Shown here piece after piece: positions 1-9,114 of a DNA stretch of 55,645 bases. Position 1 is the first letter of the stretch. Every line of letters begins with the position of its first letter. The position numbers were made by a program, and so were the translations under genes. The stretch is from Candidatus Pacearchaeota archaeon CG1_02_39_14. Lineage in GTDB: Archaea > Nanobdellota > Nanobdellia > Pacearchaeales > GW2011-AR1. The notes under the pieces were generated by a model. The model saw only the letters and a program-made list of their open reading frames with translations, was not told the DNA's origin and ran no database searches. The stretch is taken from assembly GCA_001872315.1 (NCBI GenBank), contig MNVZ01000026.1, positions 1 to 55,645 of the forward strand, read 5' to 3'.

Positions 1-72
1 GTTGCTACTCCCTGCACCAAACCTGTAGTTGTAACTGGTTCTCACTAAATAAACTTAACGGGAGGTAAAAAA

Positions 73-489
73 ATGGAATACAAACATAGCGGGAGCTCTG
101 TCGGAGCAAACAGGAAGCATGTTCAGATAACACCAAAGTACAGATATCGCATGATGAGAAGCGAAAAACTGAAAGTTTTTTGCAGAGTTGCAATAGAAGA
201 AGCCTGCAAAAAACATGGGATAAGAATAGAAATTATCAAGGTGATGGAGGAGCATGTTCATCTGATAGCTGATGTCCCGAGGACAATGAGTGATGCACTG
301 GCTTTGCAGATAATCAAGGGAGGGTCATCTTATCTGCTCTTTCGCATTTGTCCGAATTTGCGAAAGAGATATCTGAGAGGACATTTCTGGACTGGTGGAT
401 ATTTTTGTGATGGAGTAGGAAACAGCAATTTTACAGCAACTTACACCTACATAGAAAACCAAGAGCTTCATCATTCAGCGTCGAGATAA
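73..489 (+). CDS. tnpA: IS200/IS605-family transposase TnpA (Y1 HUH)
   Basis: PKYR motif, HUH motif (EHVHL), IKGGSS, FW-GYF and C-terminal catalytic YIENQ; GGAGGT ribosome-binding site at 61-66. Confidence 0.93.
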   Translation: MEYKHSGSSVGANRKHVQITPKYRYRMMRSEKLKVFCRVAIEEACKKHGIRIEIIKVMEEHVHLIADVPRTMSDALALQIIKGGSSYLLFRICPNLRKRYLRGHFWTGGYFCDGVGNSNFTATYTYIENQELHHSASR

Positions 490-500
490 GACTAACTGGA

Positions 501-566
501 CGCCGTGCTCCGAGCGAAGCGAGGATTTGCCCGAAGGGCAAACCTTTAGGGCACGGAGGAGGTCAC
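501..566 (+). mobile_element. IS200/IS605 right end (subterminal hairpin ending GGAGGAGGTCAC)
   Basis: CCGTGC (503-508) pairs with GCACGG (551-556); CCTTTAGGG core; terminal TCAC at 563-566; directly after tnpA. Left end not identified, probably before the window. Confidence 0.65.
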
Positions 567-684
567 ATACTTGAGTCGCACTAGACTCTTTATTTTTTCT
601 GCGTCACTTACGGCTACGTTTCTTATTCTCATGTAAAATTTTGCTGAAGAAAACCTTATAAATGTATGGAGTTTGTGAAAATCC

Positions 685-1401
685 ATGATTAATGAGCTAT
701 TGTTCATTCTTGTTATTCTTGTATCTTTTGCAATGACCCTCCTTGCTGTTAAGCTTGGAAGAGAATGGCTGATTGCTATCCCTCCTGTTTTTATTATTGT
801 TGCTAACATTTTTGCTCCTCAATTAGTCAGTGTTTTTGGGATAACAACAAGTTTGGCATTGCCAATTTACGCATCCATATTTCTTGCTACAGACATTGTT
901 GCGGAACATTGGGGTAAAAAAGAAGCTAGAAAAGTTGTTTGGATGGCTTTGTTCACACAAGCATTTGCTCTTATTATTGCTATGGTAATTGTGCAGGCAG
1001 AAGTCTTAGAAATTAGTGCTGGTGTGGGAGATGCCCTAGTATTAGTATTTGGATTCACACCAAGGATTGTCCTTGGTTCTTTAGTTGCATATGTTATAAG
1101 CCAGAATTGGGATGTTTGGGCATTCCATAAGATGAAAGAAAAGACAAAAGGAAGGCATTTATGGCTTAGAAATAATGCCAGCACAATCAGCTCTCAATTT
1201 TTGGATTCTGTAATTTTCATAGGGATTGCATTTTATGGAATTATTCCCGGAACATGGCCTTTGATTCAGTTCATGCTTTCTGTCTGGGTTCTAAAAATAG
1301 CGGTTGCCTTGCTTGACACCCCTATAGTTTATTGGTCCTATGGGCTTCTGGGAAAGAAAAGACCCAAGAAAACAAAAGACGAGCATTTTGGTGTTGCATA
1401 G
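685..1401 (+). CDS. yhhQ: Queuosine/archaeosine precursor (preQ0/preQ1) transporter, YhhQ/Vut_1 family
   Basis: Multi-TM protein; LATDIVAEHWG, SLVAYVISQxxD and RNNASTxxSQFLDS motifs. Confidence 0.88.
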   Translation: MINELLFILVILVSFAMTLLAVKLGREWLIAIPPVFIIVANIFAPQLVSVFGITTSLALPIYASIFLATDIVAEHWGKKEARKVVWMALFTQAFALIIAMVIVQAEVLEISAGVGDALVLVFGFTPRIVLGSLVAYVISQNWDVWAFHKMKEKTKGRHLWLRNNASTISSQFLDSVIFIGIAFYGIIPGTWPLIQFMLSVWVLKIAVALLDTPIVYWSYGLLGKKRPKKTKDEHFGVA

Positions 1402-1432
1402 ACTTTAAATATCTGATTTCTTTTTTATCAGC

Positions 1433-3091
1433 ATGAAGGATTTATCAAAAGAGATTCTTGCATACTCGCTGCAAAATGCTATTGAATTTGGAAAAGCTGA
1501 TGCGGGGAAATTGATAGGAAAGCTTTTTCAGCATGGGCTTGAAAAGAAAAATATAGGGGATGTTATGCCTGCGATTCAGGAAGCCGTCAAGAAAGTCAAT
1601 TCTATGTCTAAGGATGAAAGGGATAAGGCGTTTGAGAAATTAAAGGATGTTGTTAAGGCAAGGAGCGAAGAGGAGAAAGGCCTTCCTTCCTTAAAGGGCT
1701 CCGCTGTAGACGGGAAAATGAGATTCAGGATGGCTCCATTTCCTTCAGGGGCATTGCACATAGGAAATGCAAAGACTTACCTTCTTAATGCATTGTATGC
1801 AGAAGATTACAATGCAGAGCTGCTGCTGATTATGGATGATACTATAGGAAGCGAAGAGAAACAGCCCTACAAGGAGAGCTATACTTTAATTGAAGAAGCG
1901 TTTGATTGGCTTGGAATCAAGTACAAGAAGCCTGTGATTTACAAGTCCGACAGGCTGAAGATTTATTATGAGTATGCTGAAAAACTTATCAAGAAAGGAA
2001 AGGCATATGTGTGCCATTGTGCGCAGGAGATATTAAGGGAAAACAGGGCTAAAGGTGTGGAATGCTCGTGCAGGCAATTTCCAAATGGGATACAGCTGGA
2101 AAGATGGAAGGAGATGTTCAAGATGCCTGAAGGGCACGCGGTGTTGAGAATAAAGACCGAGATGATGCATCCTAATCCTGCTTTCAGAGACAGGGTTCTT
2201 TTCAAGATATCAGACAGAGAGCATCCAAGAGTGGGAAAAAAGTACAGGGTCTGGCCAACTCTGGAGATGTCCTGGGCCATTGATGACCATCTGCTTGGAA
2301 TCACCCATATATTGAGGGGGAATGACTTGAGAATAGAGACTGACATGGAGAAATATGTATGGGATATATTTGCCTGGAAACACCCTGAAACAATCCACAC
2401 TGGGCTGATAAGGATAGAAGGTCTTGATGCAAAGGTTTCCAAGTCTAAGTCCCAGAAAGAAGTCAGGGAAGGAAGATTTTTCGGATGGGATGATCCAAGA
2501 ACATGGAGCATTCAGAGCCTTATAAAAAGAGGGATTACATCCGAAGCTATAAAAGATTTTGTCAGGGAGATTGGGCTGAACAGGCAGGATACCGTTGTTC
2601 CGATTGACAACCTTTATGCAATAAACAGAAGATTGCTTGACAAAGAGACTGACAGATATTTCTTTGTCTGGAACCCTGTGAAGATAAAAATTGAGAATGT
2701 CCTTGAGAAAAAAGAGTTTGACATCCAAGTTCATCCTGACAGACAGGAGACAAGGAAGATGAAGATAAAAAATGATTTTTATGTTGTTAAAGATGACTTT
2801 GACAAGCTGAAAGGAAAAGAGATAAGGCTGATTCATTTGTTCAATATCAAAATGGATGAAGAGAGCAAAATCACTTCTATAGAGAACAAAAAAATTCCGA
2901 AGATACACTGGGTTTCTGATAAGGTTAAAGCCAGGGTATTGATGCCCGACGGAAAATGGACTGAAGGGTACGCTGATTCAGGTGTAAAGAAAATAAAGAA
3001 AGATGAAATAATACAGTTCGAGCGCTTTGGCTTCTGCAGATACGATGGAGAGAAGAAGGGTGTGAAGGAATTTTGGTTCGGGCATAAATAA
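1433..3091 (+). CDS. gltX: Glutamyl-tRNA synthetase, archaeal type
   Basis: RMAPFPSGALHIGN, THILRG, KVSKSK, GWDDPR, C-terminal QFERFGF; TATA at 1404. Confidence 0.96.
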   Translation: MKDLSKEILAYSLQNAIEFGKADAGKLIGKLFQHGLEKKNIGDVMPAIQEAVKKVNSMSKDERDKAFEKLKDVVKARSEEEKGLPSLKGSAVDGKMRFRMAPFPSGALHIGNAKTYLLNALYAEDYNAELLLIMDDTIGSEEKQPYKESYTLIEEAFDWLGIKYKKPVIYKSDRLKIYYEYAEKLIKKGKAYVCHCAQEILRENRAKGVECSCRQFPNGIQLERWKEMFKMPEGHAVLRIKTEMMHPNPAFRDRVLFKISDREHPRVGKKYRVWPTLEMSWAIDDHLLGITHILRGNDLRIETDMEKYVWDIFAWKHPETIHTGLIRIEGLDAKVSKSKSQKEVREGRFFGWDDPRTWSIQSLIKRGITSEAIKDFVREIGLNRQDTVVPIDNLYAINRRLLDKETDRYFFVWNPVKIKIENVLEKKEFDIQVHPDRQETRKMKIKNDFYVVKDDFDKLKGKEIRLIHLFNIKMDEESKITSIENKKIPKIHWVSDKVKARVLMPDGKWTEGYADSGVKKIKKDEIIQFERFGFCRYDGEKKGVKEFWFGHK

Positions 3092-3092
3092 A

Positions 3093-3395
3093 ATGAATTT
3101 AGCTATATTAGGAATAGTTTCTGATCTTATTGGAGTTTTTATTCTGACTTTAGTAGCAATTATTGATTATCCTCATCAGAGAATTTTTAATCAAGATAGA
3201 TGGTGGAAAAAATATTGGTGGATGGGATGGAGGCCTTTTTACAGAGATACTCAAACATTAGAATGGAAGAGGGAACTTAATAGAAGAGTTATAGTTTACC
3301 ATCTGGTACCACCCAGGCAACAATGGAACCTAATTGGATTTTTATTTATTTTAGTAGGGTTTTCATTACAACTAATCTTTTATCTGAAAAGCTAA
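3093..3395 (+). CDS. Hypothetical Trp-rich membrane protein
   Basis: Two hydrophobic segments, starts 1 nt after the gltX stop, AT-rich. Confidence 0.6.
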   Translation: MNLAILGIVSDLIGVFILTLVAIIDYPHQRIFNQDRWWKKYWWMGWRPFYRDTQTLEWKRELNRRVIVYHLVPPRQQWNLIGFLFILVGFSLQLIFYLKS

Positions 3396-3436
3396 TAAAT
3401 AAAAACATTTATAAACAAAATAGATTTATAGCTTCC

Positions 3437-3880
3437 ATGAAAAAGAGAGGGTTGAGTGGGATTGTCACAGTCATTCTTATCATATTACTTGTACTTGTTG
3501 CTATTGGAATCATATGGGCAGCAATAAGGCCTCCAATCCAGGAAACCGGGGACAGATTGTCCGGAGATTGCCTGACTCTGAATGTTGAAGCATTGAGCTG
3601 TACTAACATGGGGAACGGATTATACGATGTTAGGTTTATGAGGAATGCCGGGGCAGGAAGTTTGACTGATGTTAAGATAATATTCTACAATATAGATGAT
3701 GAGACCACTGTTGTGGAATACGGAAGCACATTGACAGAGCTTCAGACAGGATTGTATAATTCAGGTGACTTGTCATCTTTCGCTCCTACACAGGCAAATG
3801 TGGTTGCAGTTATACAGCCGGGCGAGACTCCTATCACTTGCGAGATAGTTAACCAGCCAGTTAGTTGTTTAACTCCTTAA
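3437..3880 (+). CDS. Archaeal type IV pilin-like protein (class III signal peptide)
   Basis: True start probably ATG 3437 (TATA ~3408); MKKRG/LSGIVTVILIILLVLVAIGIIW signal; Cys-containing globular domain. Confidence 0.8.
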   Translation: MKKRGLSGIVTVILIILLVLVAIGIIWAAIRPPIQETGDRLSGDCLTLNVEALSCTNMGNGLYDVRFMRNAGAGSLTDVKIIFYNIDDETTVVEYGSTLTELQTGLYNSGDLSSFAPTQANVVAVIQPGETPITCEIVNQPVSCLTP

Positions 3881-3890
3881 GGTATAAAAT

Positions 3891-4352
3891 ATGGACAGGA
3901 AAGGATTATCGGGAATAATTACAGTAGTTTTGTTTGTTCTATTGATTCTTGTTGCTATAGGGATCATATGGGCTTTTCTGAATCCTTTCATAACCGAAGG
4001 AACGTCAGGGGTTGGAGCAATAGGTAACTGCCTGCAGGTGAGACTGGAAGCAGCCAATTGCGTCGATAATACTGGAAGCTACAGCCTGACAGTAAGAAGA
4101 GGGGCTGATGATGTTACATTATCAGATGTAAAATTGATTTTCTATGATGCACAGGATAACACTGAGGTCAAGGACATTCTTGGAGATTCTATAGATACTC
4201 AGATTCCTGATGCCCTTGGAAGCAGGACATATTCCAATATTATTTTAGCTTCTCTGCAGTCTGCCTCAAAAGTCGGGGTGTCTGCTGTGATAATATCGAA
4301 TGACGAAGAGCATACATGCGAGCAGGTTAGTGAATTAGTGGATTGCGAATAG
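3891..4352 (+). CDS. Archaeal type IV pilin-like protein, paralog of the upstream gene
   Basis: MDRKG/LSGIITVVLFVLLILVAIGIIW; shares CL..C, R.AG/RGA, L.DVK.IFY and C-terminal TCE...C with the neighbour. Confidence 0.8.
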   Translation: MDRKGLSGIITVVLFVLLILVAIGIIWAFLNPFITEGTSGVGAIGNCLQVRLEAANCVDNTGSYSLTVRRGADDVTLSDVKLIFYDAQDNTEVKDILGDSIDTQIPDALGSRTYSNIILASLQSASKVGVSAVIISNDEEHTCEQVSELVDCE

Positions 4353-4375
4353 TTATAAAAATTATTTAGAAAAAA

Positions 4376-5059
4376 TTATTTAGACTTCTTGGATGGCTTT
4401 GCAGTCTTGGATTCGCTGCCTGATTCCTTTCCCAAGGGCTTGCTGTTCTTGCTCTCTACAATGGATTCTTTTTCTTTTTGCAAAGCTTCTTTCAACTTAT
4501 CCAGCTGCTCAAGCTGCGCATCAATCTCTTTCTTTGATGGCTTTCTTTTAACAGACTGATTCATCGGAATCTTTTTCACATAATCCATTATTGAAGACCT
4601 TTCCATTCTAAGAACAGATTTTGATTCATCCTCTATATGCGCCTTTAATATTTCCATTCCTGTGAGGACACAATTGACATTCCATATTTTATCGCCCTCG
4701 ATTGTCTGAATTACTGCAATAATCTTCCTTATATCTTCCGTGATGCTTCTGTTTTTCATCTCATCCTCCAATATGCCTCTTATCGCCTCCAAATCAATCT
4801 TTGTCTTAATATCCAGCTTTTCAGGAGTCTTGTCTGTAAGCATATCGAGAATTTTTACATCTACCTGATGATTGTCAAGACTGAAAGCAGCCACTTTTTT
4901 CTGTCCGGGAATATAATAGTCTATCTGATGAATGTTCTGTCCTGCCTCAAAGTCAAGGACAAAGAACCCCGCAATAAGATACGCATCCCCATATTTCTTT
5001 TCGAATTCCTTAAATTCCGAGGAGTTGCTCAATTTTTCTATATATGGTTGTATTTTCAT
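4376..5059 (-). CDS. Conserved hypothetical protein
   Basis: 227-aa ORF with normal codon usage and Lys-rich tail, downstream of thrS. Confidence 0.75.
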   Translation of the reverse strand: MKIQPYIEKLSNSSEFKEFEKKYGDAYLIAGFFVLDFEAGQNIHQIDYYIPGQKKVAAFSLDNHQVDVKILDMLTDKTPEKLDIKTKIDLEAIRGILEDEMKNRSITEDIRKIIAVIQTIEGDKIWNVNCVLTGMEILKAHIEDESKSVLRMERSSIMDYVKKIPMNQSVKRKPSKKEIDAQLEQLDKLKEALQKEKESIVESKNSKPLGKESGSESKTAKPSKKSK

Positions 5060-5093
5060 CTTCTCTTTTACATTAGTTTCTGGAATGGGAGGT

Positions 5094-6827
5094 TTATAAA
5101 GATTTATACGGCTCAGCTAATTCTTTCTTTAAATCCTTGATGAACTTATCCAGTTTTATGCCAAATTTAGGCTTTTCCCCTCGTGCACGGACAGCAATAG
5201 TCTTGCTTTTTTCTTCTTTTTCTCCTAAAACTATAACATAGTTTACTTTCATAAGCTCTGCGTTTCTTATCTTTGACTGGACTGTATCTGACTCGAGGTC
5301 TGAATCTATTCTTAATTCAGGCAATTCTGATTTAAGAGTTTCAACAAGCTTTTCACATGCTTTAGTGTTTCTGTCTGTGAAGTTGATTACCCTGACCTGT
5401 CTTGGGGAAAGCCAGAGGGGAAAATTTCCTGAAAGATGCTCCAAAAGGACTCCAATAAACCTTTCAAGAGAGCCAAAGATTGCCCTGTGAAGGACAATTG
5501 GCTTATGTGACTTTCCATCTTTGCCTGTATATTCTAATTCAAACCTTTCCGGAAAATTGAAGTCTAATTGAAGAGTTGAACACTGCCACTCCCTCCCAAG
5601 AGAATCTTTAATCTGAACGTCAAGACTTGGTCCGTAAAACTTTGCCTCTCCCGGCATCTTATCTGCCTTAATCTTTAATTTTTTCAGAGCCGACGTGAAA
5701 GCCATTTCGGCACTATTCCATAGTTTGTCATCACCAAGATACTTTGATTCCTTTTCCTTGCTCCTCGTACTCAAAGTGAAATAATACTTGAAGTTAAAAG
5801 TGTCAAGGAATTTTTGAATTATTCTTATTACATTAATTATCTCATCTTCCAGCTGATCTTCTCTTACAAAAATATGTGCGTCGTCCTGATGCATTCTTAT
5901 TACCCTAAACAATCCTGATAAGACTCCAGATAATTCCATTCTGTGCAATGGGCTGTACTCCGAAAATCTTATGGGAAAGTCTTTGTAGCTTCTTGACTTG
6001 GCACGATAGAGAAGCATGTGCCCGGGGCAGTTCATTGGTTTTACTGCAGCAGGCCTTCCTTCATAGTCTGTCAAAAACATATTTTCCCTGTATAATCCCC
6101 AATGACCTGAAATTTTCCAGAGTTTATTGTCATAGATTTGGGGAGTTGAAACTTCCTGATAGTCTAACCCTTCCTGAATTTTCCTTGAAAATTTTAATAA
6201 TTCATTGAATATTACAAGCCCCTTTGGATGCCAAAATATTGAACCTGGAGACGCTTCATTAAAAGAAAACAAGTCAAGCTTCTGACCTAAAATTCTATGG
6301 TCGTTATCCTTTAATTTTGAAGTGTCAAGTTTTGACCTTGATAGTTCTCTTAAAAGATGAGAAATGTCATAATCTTCCAGCTCTATGACTTTATGCTCTG
6401 TTTTTACATCTTCTGCCTTTCCCTTAAACTCTTTGCTTAGCTCTGACAGAGGATGGCCTTTCACTTTTAATTCAAAAGATTTGTAATGGCCAAATGGCGC
6501 CCTTGTCACGCTGAAAAATTTACTTAATGCATTCTCTGCCTCTACTAAATATTCCAAAGCTGTTTTTGGATTTGCAAGATTAGATGAAAGATGTGCATAA
6601 GGATATAGTACAATATTTTTTGCCTTGACTTCTGAAGCTGTCTTTTTCACCGCTTCTACTAATTGAGCAACCGCTTGGTCATTGTCCCCTTTCTCTATAG
6701 CAGTCAGAATAACTAAGGGATCTTTGATTTCGTGCTCTTTATTATCCTTTAATTCTTCGGCGTCTTTGAATGCTTTCTTTAATGCTTTAAAGCGGATATA
6801 ATCGCAATGAAGCGTGATGATTTTCAT
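5094..6827 (-). CDS. thrS: Threonyl-tRNA synthetase (archaeal editing domain plus bacterial-like catalytic core)
   Basis: N-terminal YPYAHLSS, RAPFG and KGHPLSELS; core DHR, KPMNCPGH, HRxELSG, QDDAHIF, FYGP, HRAIFGSLERF. Confidence 0.96.
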   Translation of the reverse strand: MKIITLHCDYIRFKALKKAFKDAEELKDNKEHEIKDPLVILTAIEKGDNDQAVAQLVEAVKKTASEVKAKNIVLYPYAHLSSNLANPKTALEYLVEAENALSKFFSVTRAPFGHYKSFELKVKGHPLSELSKEFKGKAEDVKTEHKVIELEDYDISHLLRELSRSKLDTSKLKDNDHRILGQKLDLFSFNEASPGSIFWHPKGLVIFNELLKFSRKIQEGLDYQEVSTPQIYDNKLWKISGHWGLYRENMFLTDYEGRPAAVKPMNCPGHMLLYRAKSRSYKDFPIRFSEYSPLHRMELSGVLSGLFRVIRMHQDDAHIFVREDQLEDEIINVIRIIQKFLDTFNFKYYFTLSTRSKEKESKYLGDDKLWNSAEMAFTSALKKLKIKADKMPGEAKFYGPSLDVQIKDSLGREWQCSTLQLDFNFPERFELEYTGKDGKSHKPIVLHRAIFGSLERFIGVLLEHLSGNFPLWLSPRQVRVINFTDRNTKACEKLVETLKSELPELRIDSDLESDTVQSKIRNAELMKVNYVIVLGEKEEKSKTIAVRARGEKPKFGIKLDKFIKDLKKELAEPYKSL

Positions 6828-6865
6828 GCATCCTTAAAGAAAGGGCGGTATAAAAGGATTTTGGA

Positions 6866-7486
6866 TTAATCCTGAAGGGTTTCCAGCCTTTCTACTGGAA
6901 GAGGTGTTTTCCCTCTATAAGCCAAGGCAACAACATCCGGGCTTGACAACCATTCTCTTTTTGTTTCAATCATTTTTCCAGGAAAAGTGGATTGCATGTA
7001 TTCTATAACCCTTCCCAGGATTTCAGCTGCACCAATATGCCCTCCTTGAGTCTGGCGCCTCATAGCAAAAGTTCCGATTGACCTTCCCCTATCAAAGGCA
7101 AATACAATGCTCCCATTTGATATTCTTGTCTTAGAGGGAAGCAATCTTCCCCTTTCAGTTTTTACCTGCCCATCAGGAATCTGCCTGAGAAAATTAAGGT
7201 TATCATAAAGAAAAGAAGCGCTAAAGGAAGGATGCAGCTCATGGTCTATGTCCCATTCCCCTGGATTGAGATACGAATTTAGGTGGACTATAATTGGGTC
7301 TCCTTGTATTCCTGACTCTTCCAAAAATGAGAGATGTTCCAGGGCGTAATCTCTATTTCTCCAGACATAAAATCCTCTGCCTTGTCCGTTTCCATCAGAC
7401 AAGTCTGACCTAGCTCCTTCTCTGAAAGATTCTGCTGCTTCGCCAGGGTTTCCCCTTAATGCGTGGTATAATGTTTCTATATTCAT
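6866..7486 (-). CDS. Putative ADP-ribosyltransferase-fold protein
   Basis: N-terminal LYH, then GQGRGFYVW...A pattern typical of the NAD-binding strands of H-Y-type ARTs. Confidence 0.5.
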   Translation of the reverse strand: MNIETLYHALRGNPGEAAESFREGARSDLSDGNGQGRGFYVWRNRDYALEHLSFLEESGIQGDPIIVHLNSYLNPGEWDIDHELHPSFSASFLYDNLNFLRQIPDGQVKTERGRLLPSKTRISNGSIVFAFDRGRSIGTFAMRRQTQGGHIGAAEILGRVIEYMQSTFPGKMIETKREWLSSPDVVALAYRGKTPLPVERLETLQD

Positions 7487-7590
7487 GAAAATCCCAAAAA
7501 CTAGTGATATTTAAATCTTGTCATTTTGTTACTATAACACAGGGATAACATGGTAGAAAGCTTTAAATAGGCATTTTTCCCAGAAAATGT

Positions 7591-7944
7591 ATGGAAAAGA
7601 GAACAGAAATGAGAATCTATAGACAAGGAATTATAGGAAAAATAGCTGAAGCTCTAGGCATTAGCAATCAAAAGACATTTGATTATGTTATAGATAATGA
7701 CATTGTAGCAGAGCCTTATGGACCCGTTAAAGGAAGAGATGTTTCAGTCCTTTTAAGAGGGTATGGACAGTATAGCGAGGTTGAACAATCATCCTTAAGA
7801 CATGCACTCTTACATGCTGTTCAGAACGATTCTCCTATAGAGAAAATAAGGCATTTTACATCTTCTGGAAGAGTAAATAGACAGGGAGATGCTATTTCAG
7901 GAGAGACAGGTATGGAGTATCAGATGGGAAGGAGGGCTGCATGA
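7591..7944 (+). CDS. Hypothetical protein, translationally coupled to the lysozyme gene
   Basis: TATA at ~7562; ATGA overlap with the next gene. Confidence 0.7.
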   Translation: MEKRTEMRIYRQGIIGKIAEALGISNQKTFDYVIDNDIVAEPYGPVKGRDVSVLLRGYGQYSEVEQSSLRHALLHAVQNDSPIEKIRHFTSSGRVNRQGDAISGETGMEYQMGRRAA

Positions 7945-8669
7945 GCTTCCAGGAAGACCAGAGACCACTTAGAAGAGCTCTCGGATTGACAGCTGCTGGG
8001 ATTATAGGATTCGGACTGATAGCTAATAAAATTGATAATTCTACAAAAACAGTTGCTGATTCTGTAGGAACAAGAGAGACAGACGTAGCCGGAGAGCCTG
8101 CCGATGTAAGTAATATCCCTCTGGAAGATAGGGTAATAGACCCTTTGAATGAGGCAGATTCTGGAAGTGAAATAGATTTTAGGAATGAAATCAATTATGA
8201 GAGATTGTATGAAGACCTGAAAAGGCATGAGAGTGTTAGAAATACAGCTTATTCAGACGCCAATGGAAAGTCTGTAGGTGCCGGGTTTAATTTAGAAAGA
8301 CCTGATGCCAGAGAAAAAATAGAATCCTTTGGTCTTAATTATGAGTCTGTTTACAATGGAAGAACTACCCTGAATGATAACCAGATAAATTCCCTGTTAA
8401 AATATGGCGTTGAAATAGCTGTGGATGATGCTAGGAAATATCTCGGCGAAGCTTATTGGGACAATCTGGATGGAGATGCTAAAGAAATACTCGCAAATAT
8501 GAGTTACAATCTTGGCAGAGACAGGCTTTCAGGTTTTGTTAAGCTAAAGGATGCCCTAAGGAAGGAAGATTATAAGAAAGCAGCTGATGAGATGGTAGAT
8601 TCAAAGTGGTATAATCAAACTGGAGATAGGGCAGAAGAGCTTGCAAAGAGAATGAGATCGATAAAATGA
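7941..8669 (+). CDS. T4-type (GH24) lysozyme/muramidase with N-terminal signal or anchor
   Basis: LKRHESxRxxAYxDxxGxSVGAGFNL, NMSYNLG, AADEMVDSKWYNQTGDRA; N-terminal RR plus hydrophobic stretch and acidic linker. Confidence 0.88.
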   Translation: MSFQEDQRPLRRALGLTAAGIIGFGLIANKIDNSTKTVADSVGTRETDVAGEPADVSNIPLEDRVIDPLNEADSGSEIDFRNEINYERLYEDLKRHESVRNTAYSDANGKSVGAGFNLERPDAREKIESFGLNYESVYNGRTTLNDNQINSLLKYGVEIAVDDARKYLGEAYWDNLDGDAKEILANMSYNLGRDRLSGFVKLKDALRKEDYKKAADEMVDSKWYNQTGDRAEELAKRMRSIK

Positions 8670-8841
8670 ACTTAACAATATGGTTTTATGCATTATCTGA
8701 AGAATTTTTGGGATTTTTGGGAAGCATAATCAGAATGGTTTCCAGGCAATTTATCAATTACCTTTCAGCATAGATAAGTACTTGCAATTTTTGAAAGGAT
8801 AAAATCGGAAGATTTATATATAAGTTTATATAAAGGTCAAT

Positions 8842-9114
8842 ATGAATACATATAATGAAAAGGAAATAATACATTATCCTAATTTGAGAACTATGTTGAT
8901 GGTAGAGAAAATTTTAAGAGATGCTGACAAAATGATAGATAGGGAAGAGTTAAAGAGAAGGTTGCCTACTAAGGTTATGCATCAGACCTTAAATTTAATT
9001 TTAAAATATTTAGAAGAAAAAGGAATGATAATAGACAGCCATAAGGGAATTTTGTGGATTTATAATCCAAGTCCAAAATTGAAGAAGGCAATTGAAAACG
9101 CAAGAGAGATATAA
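8842..9114 (+). CDS. Winged-HTH protein, putative antitoxin/regulator
   Basis: wHTH-like LNLILKYLEEKGMI; overlaps the next gene by 1 nt. Confidence 0.65.
   Translation: MNTYNEKEIIHYPNLRTMLMVEKILRDADKMIDREELKRRLPTKVMHQTLNLILKYLEEKGMIIDSHKGILWIYNPSPKLKKAIENAREI

Noticed and set aside
3323..3436. Upstream extensions of track ORFs (also 18814, 22199, 23121, 49172)
   Set aside because: They cross TATA boxes or neighbouring genes; downstream ATGs fit the motifs and spacing
8813..8834. Inverted repeat TTTATATA/TATATAAA at the TA promoter
   Set aside because: Could be an operator, but it is low-complexity AT sequence overlapping the TATA box
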